DNA of 64,000 nt from positions 48,857-112,856 of the forward strand of contig MFWV01000011.1 in NCBI GenBank assembly GCA_001787405.1. The letters are read 5' to 3'. Each line of letters starts with the position of its first letter. The stretch's first letter is position 1. Below, piece after piece: positions 55,606-64,000 of this stretch. Source of the stretch: Candidatus Pacebacteria bacterium RIFOXYA1_FULL_38_18. GTDB taxonomy: Bacteria; Patescibacteriota; Microgenomatia; UBA1400; PJMF01. The position numbers and the translations under genes are program-made. The notes under the pieces were generated by a model. That model saw only the letters and a program-made list of their open reading frames with translations, was not told the DNA's origin and searched no databases.

Positions 55606-56707
55606 TGACCAGTAAATCTATTACCAATAAACAATCTTCAGAATTGCCAGCATAACAATCATAACGATATTGATATTGAATTATGCCGATCAAAATAATG
55701 ATAGCCCAAAAAAGAATTGGTTTTTTGATTAATTTTTGTAGCAAGACTAGAAACAATAGGTAAAAAACAGGCAAAACTGGGAAAATATATCTGGGTAAAA
55801 AATAACCAAGTTTAGTTATCATGAGTAGGCTGGGCAGAGAAGTAATACCCAAAATTAAACCAGGGATAGATATCTTTTTGATTTGTTGGATAAGTTTTTT
55901 ACTAGTAAGCAACATAACAAAAATAGATTCAGAAATAATATATCTTCCCTGACGAACAGTGATATAAACAATGGCGTCCCACAAACTTTGCCAGGGTTGT
56001 TCATCAAAATATCTCTCAGGTGAATAGATCCACCAACCAGTTATTTGCAAATGAATGACCAACCAGAGGACTGTAGTTAATAAAAAGGGGAAGACATAGC
56101 GAATGATCCAGTTTAATTTATTGGTTATTTCTTTTTCCAAAAAAAGATAGGCAATTGCTGATGCACTCAAGAAAAGACTGTTATCAATTCTGGTTAAAAT
56201 AGCAATCAAGCCAATGATGGTAAAACGTAAATATTTTTTTTCTAGTAAGAAAATTACAGCTAGAAAGCGCAAAGCTGTGCCAATGATTTCAAAATAAACC
56301 AAATGTGTTTGTGCTAAAAAAAGAGGGTTAGTTAAAAATAGTAAAACCAAAGCCATGCCTACTTTTTTATTAACCAATTTGTTACCCAATAAGTACATAA
56401 CAATAAGGAAAAAAATTGAGAGCAATAACCCTAGTATATGAATGAGTAGCAAATGATTGCCTGGCATTTGCAAAATTAAAGCAATAGCCAGAGGTAATAA
56501 AAAGGTGTGAGGATAATCACTAAATCCCAGATAAGAAAATAAGTTGCTTGTTTCAGCAATTGATCCAGCTGCAGCTATCAAAAACCATTCGGTATCCCAG
56601 TAGAAAGGGAGCAAAAATCCTTGTTTTAGGATCCAAAAAAGAAGAAAAACAACAAAAATAAAAAATAAAACTAAATATTGATTTTTTTTGATTAAAATTT
56701 TAATCAT
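55595..56707 (-). CDS. hypothetical polytopic membrane protein
   Basis: 370 aa, 9-10 TM. Confidence 0.45.
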   Translation of the reverse strand: MIKILIKKNQYLVLFFIFVVFLLFWILKQGFLLPFYWDTEWFLIAAAGSIAETSNLFSYLGFSDYPHTFLLPLAIALILQMPGNHLLLIHILGLLLSIFFLIVMYLLGNKLVNKKVGMALVLLFLTNPLFLAQTHLVYFEIIGTALRFLAVIFLLEKKYLRFTIIGLIAILTRIDNSLFLSASAIAYLFLEKEITNKLNWIIRYVFPFLLTTVLWLVIHLQITGWWIYSPERYFDEQPWQSLWDAIVYITVRQGRYIISESIFVMLLTSKKLIQQIKKISIPGLILGITSLPSLLMITKLGYFLPRYIFPVLPVFYLLFLVLLQKLIKKPILFWAIIILIGIIQYQYRYDCYAGNSEDCLLVIDLLVNEK

Positions 56708-58079
56708 ATAAATTGCCTGGGTGAGTAATGTTTGTCTCGATCAATGGACTCGAAATTCTGTTTTTTGTCAATGTAAGTGAAAAATATCTGGCAAAAAACA
56801 AAGCTTGTAAAACACAAAACATTAAATATTTATGAGGTCTAAATATCAAGTAAGAAATAGTAGAGGCAGTGCTTCTAATCGATAATTTATATTGATTGGT
56901 CATTTTTACAACTAGCTGATTGAGTAAATTAAAAGTATGAATGTGCTGTTCTGAATCAACGTAAGTCGGTGAAAGAGTCAATGATTCAAGTCGCTTAAAC
57001 TGATTATTTAACTCTAGATCAATTTCATTTAATCGAATTTGCCCAAATAAAAGTTTTATCAGAAAAATAAAAAGAGAGAAAAAATTTCCTTGATGATTTA
57101 CTAATGATGGAATTAAATAAGATTTTGTTATTGGTTTACCTCTAGTTAAATTAAAATGAAGACCAATTTTAATTTGTTTTTTGAAATGAAGTAATTTTTG
57201 AGCTTCTGATTTAGAAATTAAGTTGGCCAATACGGAAACGCCGTCCAAGTTTTTGGCTTCGATTTGATTTAATATCGCTTGATCAACAAGCGGAGATAAA
57301 CCGTAGTCATCAGCGATTATTAATTTATTTTTTTGATATATATTTTTTCGGTCAAAAGTATTTATCAAATAAAAACTCGCTAATCGATAAAGATCAATCA
57401 AAAGAGCTCTCATTCTTTTCCAAGAAGTGTAGCGACTGGGTCTGAGTTCAGTAACTTTAATAGGAATTTCCTTAATAGTTTGCTGTTGCTGGTGGAGTTT
57501 TAATAATAACTCAGTATCTAAAATTTCATGTTTAGTGGCACAGTTTCTTAGAGTATTAATCAAGATTGGAGTAAGGCGAAAAGCCTTCAATCCATGAGTG
57601 TCTGTACCTGGATAAGCAAATAAAATTTTCAATAATTGATGAAATAATTTGGTTTGTGCGCGTCGCAATAAATTTCTTTGATCATAATTTTTAATTAGGG
57701 TTTTTGAACCAATTATTATTTTGTGTTTTTTAAGTAATTTCTGGGTTTGAGAAATAAAATCATGATCAAATAAATCGACATTGAGAATATAAACAAATTG
57801 ACCTAAAGAGCTTAAGATTCCATGTTTGAGTGCTTGTCCATAAGAAGCCTTGTTGACACGCAAGGCTCGTAAGCTCGAATATTTTTTAGTTAATTGTTTA
57901 ATAATTGACCAAGATTGATCACTACTACCATTTTCTACCAGTAGAACCTCGAATTTAGTAATGCGCTCTTTATTTAATAATTGATAAAAAAGTTTTATCT
58001 GTGAAGAAAGATGAAGAGCCTCATTGTGAACTGGGAAGATAAAACTGTGTTTTTTAGGGTGAATGATTTTTTTTGTCAT
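56700..58079 (-). CDS. fusion: GT2 polyprenol-phosphate-sugar-synthase-like N-domain plus YdjC/ChbG-like carbohydrate deacetylase C-domain
   Basis: N-domain FIFPVHNEALHL, LLVENGSSDQS. C-domain KLIIADDYGLSPLVDQAIL, IKIGLHFNLTRGKP (YdjC-family). Confidence 0.6.
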   Translation of the reverse strand: MTKKIIHPKKHSFIFPVHNEALHLSSQIKLFYQLLNKERITKFEVLLVENGSSDQSWSIIKQLTKKYSSLRALRVNKASYGQALKHGILSSLGQFVYILNVDLFDHDFISQTQKLLKKHKIIIGSKTLIKNYDQRNLLRRAQTKLFHQLLKILFAYPGTDTHGLKAFRLTPILINTLRNCATKHEILDTELLLKLHQQQQTIKEIPIKVTELRPSRYTSWKRMRALLIDLYRLASFYLINTFDRKNIYQKNKLIIADDYGLSPLVDQAILNQIEAKNLDGVSVLANLISKSEAQKLLHFKKQIKIGLHFNLTRGKPITKSYLIPSLVNHQGNFFSLFIFLIKLLFGQIRLNEIDLELNNQFKRLESLTLSPTYVDSEQHIHTFNLLNQLVVKMTNQYKLSIRSTASTISYLIFRPHKYLMFCVLQALFFARYFSLTLTKNRISSPLIETNITHPGNLYD

Positions 58080-59290
58080 TAATAAATCTGATGGTTTTTT
58101 TTAAGAACACTATCATATTTTTTCATAAACTTATCATTTTGATCAGTATTGTGATTTTTCTTTATATACTGATTATTATCGTTTACCATTTTTTGAGCTT
58201 TTTGGGGAGAAGAAAGAATTCTTATAATTGCTTCAATGAATTGTTTTGTTGAATTTGCTTCTAAATAATGTTTATTTTTTATCAATTTTAAACCTTCTAC
58301 TCCAAGTGATGTAGAAACAATTGGTAGGCCGGCGGCCAAACTGGTAAGTGCTTTCAATCGCACTCCACCACCCATTTTGAAAGGCAAGACAAAAACATCT
58401 GCTTGGGCTAAAAATGGTGTTAAATCAGTTTGATAGCCATGCAAAATCACATTTTTTTTGATTGGTAAGGTTTTTTCAAAAGGAGGATATGATCGACCCA
58501 CAATATGAAACTCAACATTGGGAATTTGTTTTTCTATTGTTGGCAGTATTTTTTTGATAAACCACCTCACAGCATCTTCGTTTGGCGGCCAGCCGAGCAT
58601 GCCGATAAATAAAATATAAGGGTTTTTTGAGCGCCGTTTTTTAATTGGTTTTGCCTGGTAAATTAACGGCTGAGCCGCCACATGCTCCACTCCAAATATT
58701 TTTTGCAAGCGCTTTTTTTCAGGTTCAGAAATCGCAAAAATAAAATCAAATTTGGGCAACATTTTTCTTTCATAAAAATAAGTCAGCACCATCTCAATCA
58801 ACAAATATAATTTACGCGTTGGTTTGATGGTGTGTACAAACCTAGTCCAATAAAGATAGGTTTCCACATTATGATGTTCCAGAATCCATTTTTCTTTTTT
58901 TATTTTCGGCAAGTATTGCGCAGTATTGAGATGATCAATATGAATAATGTCTGGTTGGAATTGTTGGATGGTTTTTTTGATAAACCTACCGGCCGGTAAA
59001 TGAGTATATTGAAAAACATAATGAGGAATACCTTGTATAAAATTTTTGAAAAGCCCCCACAGATCACCTTTAACCGAAGCCAAAATTGTAGAACTATAAA
59101 AAATCTTTACCCGGATGCCCGCATCGGTTAAAACCTTTACATCACTTGGCTTTGGTTTTTCTTCAGAAATAAAAACCGCAAACACCTGATATTGCTTAGC
59201 CAGAGCAAGTACGGTATTAAGAGTCTTAATCTTGCCACCAGAATCTGGTGGATAAGGAAAAAGTTGACTAAGATAAAGAATTTTTTTCAT
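58079..59290 (-). CDS. glycosyltransferase family 1 (GT4-like)
   Basis: ILFIGMLGWPPNEDAV and LPFKMGGGVRLKALTSLAAGLPIVST match the GT-B fold. Confidence 0.75.
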   Translation of the reverse strand: MKKILYLSQLFPYPPDSGGKIKTLNTVLALAKQYQVFAVFISEEKPKPSDVKVLTDAGIRVKIFYSSTILASVKGDLWGLFKNFIQGIPHYVFQYTHLPAGRFIKKTIQQFQPDIIHIDHLNTAQYLPKIKKEKWILEHHNVETYLYWTRFVHTIKPTRKLYLLIEMVLTYFYERKMLPKFDFIFAISEPEKKRLQKIFGVEHVAAQPLIYQAKPIKKRRSKNPYILFIGMLGWPPNEDAVRWFIKKILPTIEKQIPNVEFHIVGRSYPPFEKTLPIKKNVILHGYQTDLTPFLAQADVFVLPFKMGGGVRLKALTSLAAGLPIVSTSLGVEGLKLIKNKHYLEANSTKQFIEAIIRILSSPQKAQKMVNDNNQYIKKNHNTDQNDKFMKKYDSVLKKNHQIY

Positions 59291-60765
59291 TGTTCAATAT
59301 AAAATTTTTCTATAGTATATTTTTCATCCTCATTATTTTCGTTGATTGTAACTTGATAAAGTGTATTAAAATTTTCAGGTTCAACAACAGTTGGTTGAGA
59401 ATTGCTTATTACCACCAATTCTTTTTGTAGTTTTTCTTCCAAAAAAAGCCAAAGAGCAGAATTGAAGGTACTATCACTATCAGTTAATTCATAAACTTCA
59501 TTAATTAAATTTATAGAAAAGTGCTTGCTGTTATTATTTTTACTTACATCCAAGCTAATTTTTTGAGAAATGTCTTCTAATAAAGCGATTTCTTTTCCAG
59601 GCCAATAAATTAATTTAATTTTAACACTCTGTAAATATAAAAATACCAATAATAATCCCAGAATAATTCCAATATTTTTAAATTCTTTTCCTGATTTACA
59701 GATATAAAAAATTGCCAATGGTATTTGTAGATGAAAAAGTATTAAAAAAGGAAAAAAATATCCTCCATAAAATATATAAAGGAAGCCACTTATTGAAAGA
59801 ATAATTAGAGTCGATGTGTATTTATTAAAACTTTGATAAGAAGCAGATTCTTTGAAAAATGAAAGATAAAAAAACAAGAATATTAGAATCAACGAACCTA
59901 TTAGTAATGATTGATAAATATCACTTAGCCAAAAATCATTGATATTGAATAATGCTTGAGTAGCAATATTAATATTGCTTACTATTTGCTGAGCATTGGT
60001 TGTAATTAATGAAGCTTGACTATAATTTTTGATTAAATAATTTAAGTTAAAACTAAATGATAATCTGAAACTAAAACTGATGACCATAATTGTAAAAATT
60101 ATTAGTCTTTTTTGTTTAGTCTTAAAAGACTTTATCAAAACCCAAATAAACATCAGAATTACTAAAATGAAAGTGGAGTAGTGAAGATGAATTAGTATAT
60201 TACTAACAACGAAAAAAATAGCCAGTTTTAGCGAAGCTTTATTGAGGCTTTTTACAGAGATTAAATTAAAAAAAACAAAAACCAATAAAGGTATAAATAA
60301 TATTAACAAATGCATTTGCCAAACCCATCTAGAAGCTTCAACAAAGATTGGATTAATAGCAGTATAGAATGCCAAATAATAACCAGCAGTTTTATTTTCA
60401 ATTTTTTTCCCCAAAGCATAAGCAACCAAGACAACAAGAGATTGAATAATGGCAAAAAGGATTATCATTCCTTCAATAGATGGTGCTAGAAACCATAAAA
60501 AACCAATAATTAAAAAATAAAGCGGTGAGTTACTTAAAAAACTGTTTGTGGTAGCAGGACGAGCGGAGAAAGGCGCTGAGAAATTTGCCAAGTGTTTAGC
60601 AACTAGCAAATCTCTGCCTGTATCACCCATGATAGAAGTAGTATTTAAAATATTGTAAGTTCTCAAAAAAATCGCCAGAGCCAAAATGACCAATAAAGGA
60701 GTAGCTTTTTTCACCCAAAAAACCAAAGATTGCAAATTAAACGAGGGAGGACTGATTTTGAACAC
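59287..60765 (-). CDS. polytopic membrane protein, possible GT-C family glycosyltransferase
   Basis: 492 aa, about 12 TM. Early loop IMGDTGRDLLVAKH. Confidence 0.45.
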   Translation of the reverse strand: MFKISPPSFNLQSLVFWVKKATPLLVILALAIFLRTYNILNTTSIMGDTGRDLLVAKHLANFSAPFSARPATTNSFLSNSPLYFLIIGFLWFLAPSIEGMIILFAIIQSLVVLVAYALGKKIENKTAGYYLAFYTAINPIFVEASRWVWQMHLLILFIPLLVFVFFNLISVKSLNKASLKLAIFFVVSNILIHLHYSTFILVILMFIWVLIKSFKTKQKRLIIFTIMVISFSFRLSFSFNLNYLIKNYSQASLITTNAQQIVSNINIATQALFNINDFWLSDIYQSLLIGSLILIFLFFYLSFFKESASYQSFNKYTSTLIILSISGFLYIFYGGYFFPFLILFHLQIPLAIFYICKSGKEFKNIGIILGLLLVFLYLQSVKIKLIYWPGKEIALLEDISQKISLDVSKNNNSKHFSINLINEVYELTDSDSTFNSALWLFLEEKLQKELVVISNSQPTVVEPENFNTLYQVTINENNEDEKYTIEKFYIEQ

Positions 60766-60897
60766 TTATTTATTAAATAGCAGTTTTCGCATTTTTGCAT
60801 CATTAAATTTTTTCAATGAATAAAATATGAAATTTTTTTGAGTGGGTTTTTTAATTGGGTAAGATGAAAAATAATGGCTGCACTACCACGTATTTCA

Positions 60898-60937
60898 CTC
60901 CAAATTTTTCTATAGTATATTTTTCATTCTCATTATT
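60898..60937. repeat. roughly 40-nt near-copy of the 3' coding end of gene 59287..60765 (59305-59343), now in that gene's upstream intergenic region
   Basis: AATTTTTCTATAGTATATTTTTCAT(C/T)CTCATTATTTT occurs at both places. The intergenic copy reads ...NNENEKYTIEKFGVKYVVVQPLFFILPN* on the minus strand. Confidence 0.6.
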
Positions 60938-60973
60938 TTTATTTTTTAAAATCATTTATTTTCTATTTACTAA

Positions 60974-61423
60974 TTACTTTTTGTAAGTAATTTTTAATGC
61001 CAGATCAGTTTCAAAATCAGGTATTAACAAATTATTATTTCCCGCTATTACGCTTCCGCTCTCTACTTCCAGACCAGTTTGAGGATCCAACCAAATAAAC
61101 GTACCATCAAAATTGGCTAAATAAACAGAATCGTCAATTATTGTTGCTGGAAAAGGACTGTAATTTTGAGCAGTAAACTCCCAGACTAAATTACCAGTAT
61201 TTTGTTTTAGAGCATAAGTGTTGTTGTTTTGACTGCTAAAAATTATTAAATCATCGTCAAAACTCAAGTTGTCAAAAATCTCAAGCTTGTTATTTGGTCC
61301 GATACTTTCATCACTATAAAATTGCCAATTTACGGCTCTACTATTAATCAATAAAAACAGACAGATAGACAAACTGAAGATGATTATTGGTTTTAAAGTT
61401 TTTTGATTGAGTTTAATTTGCAT
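60974..61423 (-). CDS. small secreted protein with PQQ-like beta-propeller repeats
   Basis: Signal peptide. YALKQNTGNLVWEF and FIWLDPQTGLE repeats. Confidence 0.5.
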   Translation of the reverse strand: MQIKLNQKTLKPIIIFSLSICLFLLINSRAVNWQFYSDESIGPNNKLEIFDNLSFDDDLIIFSSQNNNTYALKQNTGNLVWEFTAQNYSPFPATIIDDSVYLANFDGTFIWLDPQTGLEVESGSVIAGNNNLLIPDFETDLALKITYKK

Positions 61424-62198
61424 TGAAAGTCTTTTTTATTTTTTTGAAAAGATTAACGGAAAATTGTTTGCTAATTAAAAAGATAAATAAAAAATTGAAA
61501 ACCAGATAACGCCGGCCCAATCTTCTTGGTTCCTGCAATAATCTAAAAAACCATTCCAGGCCAGCTGACCTCATCCAATGCGGGGCTTGTTTCACTCGAC
61601 CGGTTAAAAAATTAAAAGCCGCTCCCACACCAATTGCGATACCGGTTTTCAAGTTTGGTAAATTGTCGATCATCCATAGTTCTTGTTGTGGGCAACCTAA
61701 CCCTATAAAAATTAATTGTGGTTTAGCAATATTAATTTGTTTAATAATTTGTTGATTTTTTTGTTTGGGCAATGGGCGCACGGGAGTATCAACATGACCA
61801 ACCACCCTGATACCAGGAAATTTTTTTTGCAAAACATTTTTGAGTTTTTTACTTTGCCCCCTTATTCCGCCTAATAAAAAAATTGTTGCTCCAATTTGAC
61901 TAGCTCGTGCACAGATTTTAAGCATCAAATCTGGTCCATAGACTCGTTCAACGTGTTTTTGTCCATCGGCTTTCAGCAACCACACTAGGGGCATCCCATC
62001 CGGAGTGACCAATCCAGCTCGATTTAGTCCAGCCAACAATCGAGGGTCTTTTTGACACTCCATGATTGAATGAACCGCGGCCACACAAACATAATTTTTG
62101 CGTCGGTTTTTAACCCAATCGAAAATTATATTAAGTGCCAGCGGATAGTTAAGTTGTGAGACTTTGACTCCTAAAATATCGGTATTTTTGTTCATCAT
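61413..62198 (-). CDS. WecB/TagA/CpsF family glycosyltransferase (GT26)
   Basis: 261 aa. ILGVKVSQLNYPLALNII...VTPDGMPLVWL matches the family. Confidence 0.8.
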   Translation of the reverse strand: MMNKNTDILGVKVSQLNYPLALNIIFDWVKNRRKNYVCVAAVHSIMECQKDPRLLAGLNRAGLVTPDGMPLVWLLKADGQKHVERVYGPDLMLKICARASQIGATIFLLGGIRGQSKKLKNVLQKKFPGIRVVGHVDTPVRPLPKQKNQQIIKQINIAKPQLIFIGLGCPQQELWMIDNLPNLKTGIAIGVGAAFNFLTGRVKQAPHWMRSAGLEWFFRLLQEPRRLGRRYLVFNFLFIFLISKQFSVNLFKKIKKTFNAN

Positions 62199-62204
62199 AT
62201 GTGA

Positions 62205-63392
62205 CTATTCCAGTGATGATTTTTTTGCAAACTGAGCTTGAATAATCTGTAGCAATTGTTGTTGAAATTTTTGCTCACTAAATTTCGCAGCTTGTCTTCG
62301 GCAATTTTGGGCAGACCAAGTATTTTTCTCGAATTCTTTAATAGCTCTTTCCAGAGATTTTATCGAAAACCTATCAAACAACAAGCCTGTTTTTTTGTGA
62401 ACCACTGTTTCCTTGACTCCTCCAGAGGCAAACGCAATCACCGGCACTCCACAGCTCATGGCTTCCACTGGTACTAAACCAAAATCTTCTTCGATGGCAG
62501 TATAAATCAATGCTCGAGCTTGACCATAAAGTTTAATCAGTTGTTGATCGGTGACAAAACCGACAAAACTAATATTCGGACCTGCGATCTTTTGCAGATA
62601 TTTTTTCTCTGCTCCCGTACCAATCACTATCAGTGGCTTGTTAAGTCGATTAAAAGTTTTAATGACTAATTCAGCACCCTTTTGTTTGACTAGTCGGGAA
62701 TGAAATAAATAGTATTGGGGTTGAGCTGCCGATCGTTTTGACAGTTCAGTTGTTTTGGGTAAAATAGCCGGCGGATAAATCACTAGACTTTTTCTGTCAT
62801 AATATTTGGCAATGCGTTTTTGAGTAGTTTGGGAATTGGCAATTAATTGATCGACTCGTTGAGCGGCTTGCCAATCTTTTTTTCTTAAATAAGTGAGCCA
62901 GCCAGAAAATATTTTTTGAAAAAAAGGTTTTTTAACCCAATTCATTTCGTTGAATTCACGATACAGATAGCGGGGGGGAGTATGAAGATAAGCAAGGTGC
63001 AGAGTGGAGAATTTAGTTTTAACCGATTTGGCAGAAAATGAATGTGACGAAGAAATCACCAGATCGTATTGATCGAGTTTGAGCCGTTCCCAATAAGCTA
63101 TCACCAATGGTTTTAAAAAACTAATATATTTTTCTGGCAGTGGTATCTTGTTTAATAAGGAAGTGTGGATGGTGTGTGTCCGACTCAATTTTTTCCAATA
63201 AGGTTTTTTAATGAGGGCAATATAGACCTCAGCTTGAGGAAATAATTTTAAGATGTTTTCTAAAACTCGTTCGGCACCACCGAGGTAAAGGTAGCAATCA
63301 TGCACCACTGCAATCTTGAGTTTATCGAAATCAATGACTGGCAGTTGTTTATTGGGCAACTGGGTCTGTATTGTATTTTTATCTTGCCTCAT
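62205..63392 (-). CDS. glycosyltransferase family 1 (GT4-like)
   Basis: GGAERVLENILKLFP and EEDFGLVPVEAMSCGVPVIA. Confidence 0.8.
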   Translation of the reverse strand: MRQDKNTIQTQLPNKQLPVIDFDKLKIAVVHDCYLYLGGAERVLENILKLFPQAEVYIALIKKPYWKKLSRTHTIHTSLLNKIPLPEKYISFLKPLVIAYWERLKLDQYDLVISSSHSFSAKSVKTKFSTLHLAYLHTPPRYLYREFNEMNWVKKPFFQKIFSGWLTYLRKKDWQAAQRVDQLIANSQTTQKRIAKYYDRKSLVIYPPAILPKTTELSKRSAAQPQYYLFHSRLVKQKGAELVIKTFNRLNKPLIVIGTGAEKKYLQKIAGPNISFVGFVTDQQLIKLYGQARALIYTAIEEDFGLVPVEAMSCGVPVIAFASGGVKETVVHKKTGLLFDRFSIKSLERAIKEFEKNTWSAQNCRRQAAKFSEQKFQQQLLQIIQAQFAKKSSLE

Positions 63393-63433
63393 AATTGATT
63401 AAATAATTACCGCTTATTTATGATCTTATACGT

Positions 63434-64000
63434 ATGATACCTTCTTTTGTAGCAATTCCATCTATTTTTTCCTTATTTTCAATCTTTTTTTTATTGCTGG
63501 GTGAGTCTTTTTTGCGTTGGTACTTTATGGGATTGTTTGCTTTAGTTTTTTTGATAATTTTCAAAAAACTTAATTTTTCTCTGGTTGCAACTTTATCAAA
63601 ACAGTTTTTATGGTGGGGAATATTTTTATCAATTCTTCTTGTTTCTTTTTTATTTACGCACAACATGCCCCTAAGTTTGGATTCATTGTCATTTTACTTG
63701 TTCGCTTTTTTAACATTTATTTTGTCTCTAGCAATTGATTTTAAAGATTTTAAAAAAGAATATTTAGCTTACTTTATTTTTTTTATTGGTTTTGTTTTTT
63801 CTCTTTTGAGTTTATTTTTCCTTTTTAATCAAAAGCTGGCGGCATCTTTACCAGGGATGAATTTGATTTATGCAACTTATGGTCATAATCACTTGGCTGC
63901 TTTTTTATTATTGATTTTACCTTTGAGTTGGAGAGAAGTATTTATTTCTTTTCAAAATAAAGAACGAGGTCTTTATTTACTAAAGTTGATTGGAACATTG
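63434..64000 (+). CDS. 5' part of a polytopic membrane protein gene running off the window end
   Basis: ATG at 63434. The frame is open through 64000 and encodes successive hydrophobic helices. It is absent from the ORF track because no stop lies in the window. Confidence 0.4.
   Translation, partial: MIPSFVAIPSIFSLFSIFFLLLGESFLRWYFMGLFALVFLIIFKKLNFSLVATLSKQFLWWGIFLSILLVSFLFTHNMPLSLDSLSFYLFAFLTFILSLAIDFKDFKKEYLAYFIFFIGFVFSLLSLFFLFNQKLAASLPGMNLIYATYGHNHLAAFLLLILPLSWREVFISFQNKERGLYLLKLIGTL

Noticed and set aside
63418-63666. 82-aa minus-strand ORF at the window end
   Set aside because: It is Lys-rich with low complexity. It overlaps a long open plus-strand frame encoding consecutive TM helices, which is the better gene model.
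1-64000. CRISPR arrays, rRNA genes, transposases or integrases, prophage
   Set aside because: No spacer-repeat architecture, rRNA-like conserved segments or recombinase or transposase signatures were found. The only repeats are in-gene tandem repeats and short intergenic direct repeats.

Overview
This is a low-GC bacterial chromosomal window that starts at the replication origin. It reads dnaA, a DnaA-box cluster, dnaN, rpmH, rnpA, yidD, yidC, jag and rnhA, with recF displaced about 15 kb downstream. The gene content is reductive and Gram-positive-like. It includes a short ValRS, a short YidC, an ATP-dependent DNA ligase, sortase-type and PT-rich surface proteins, and many glycosyltransferases. 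This is consistent with a CPR/Patescibacteria-like organism, which is an inference and not proven. After the housekeeping block come valS, idi and uppS. Next is a tandem array of seven paralogous small two-TM pilin-like genes, divergent from an ECF sigma and a possible anti-sigma, followed by recF. Further on are an NAD(P)HX dehydratase, Fic, an ATP-dependent ligase, pth, a GH3 hydrolase and DUF192. A membrane-anchored FtsK/HerA/VirB4/VirD4-superfamily ATPase sits next to an S/Q-rich protein. A mevalonate lower-pathway operon has two MK-type GHMP kinases and MVD. A MacAB-like efflux operon and a tRNA-Ile(UAU) follow. From 38.8 kb onward the window is a large cell-surface and glycan accessory region. 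It contains three paralogous PT-repeat surface proteins, one with LPETG, two sharing a conserved C-terminal GPxDWLxYLQxGL-TM tail. It contains a cryptic peptide-modification (RiPP-like) island with a PqqD-like RRE, an HPr-kinase-like/ParB-like fusion, an NTP_transf_5-like nucleotidyltransferase, two soluble GT2s, a Ser/His S26 peptidase, a decayed LmbE-like gene and a 32-aa candidate peptide with a strong RBS. It also holds a Wzm/Wzt exporter, GT1/GT2/GT26/GT-C glycosyltransferases and a GT2-YdjC fusion. No CRISPR, rRNA or obvious transposase was seen.
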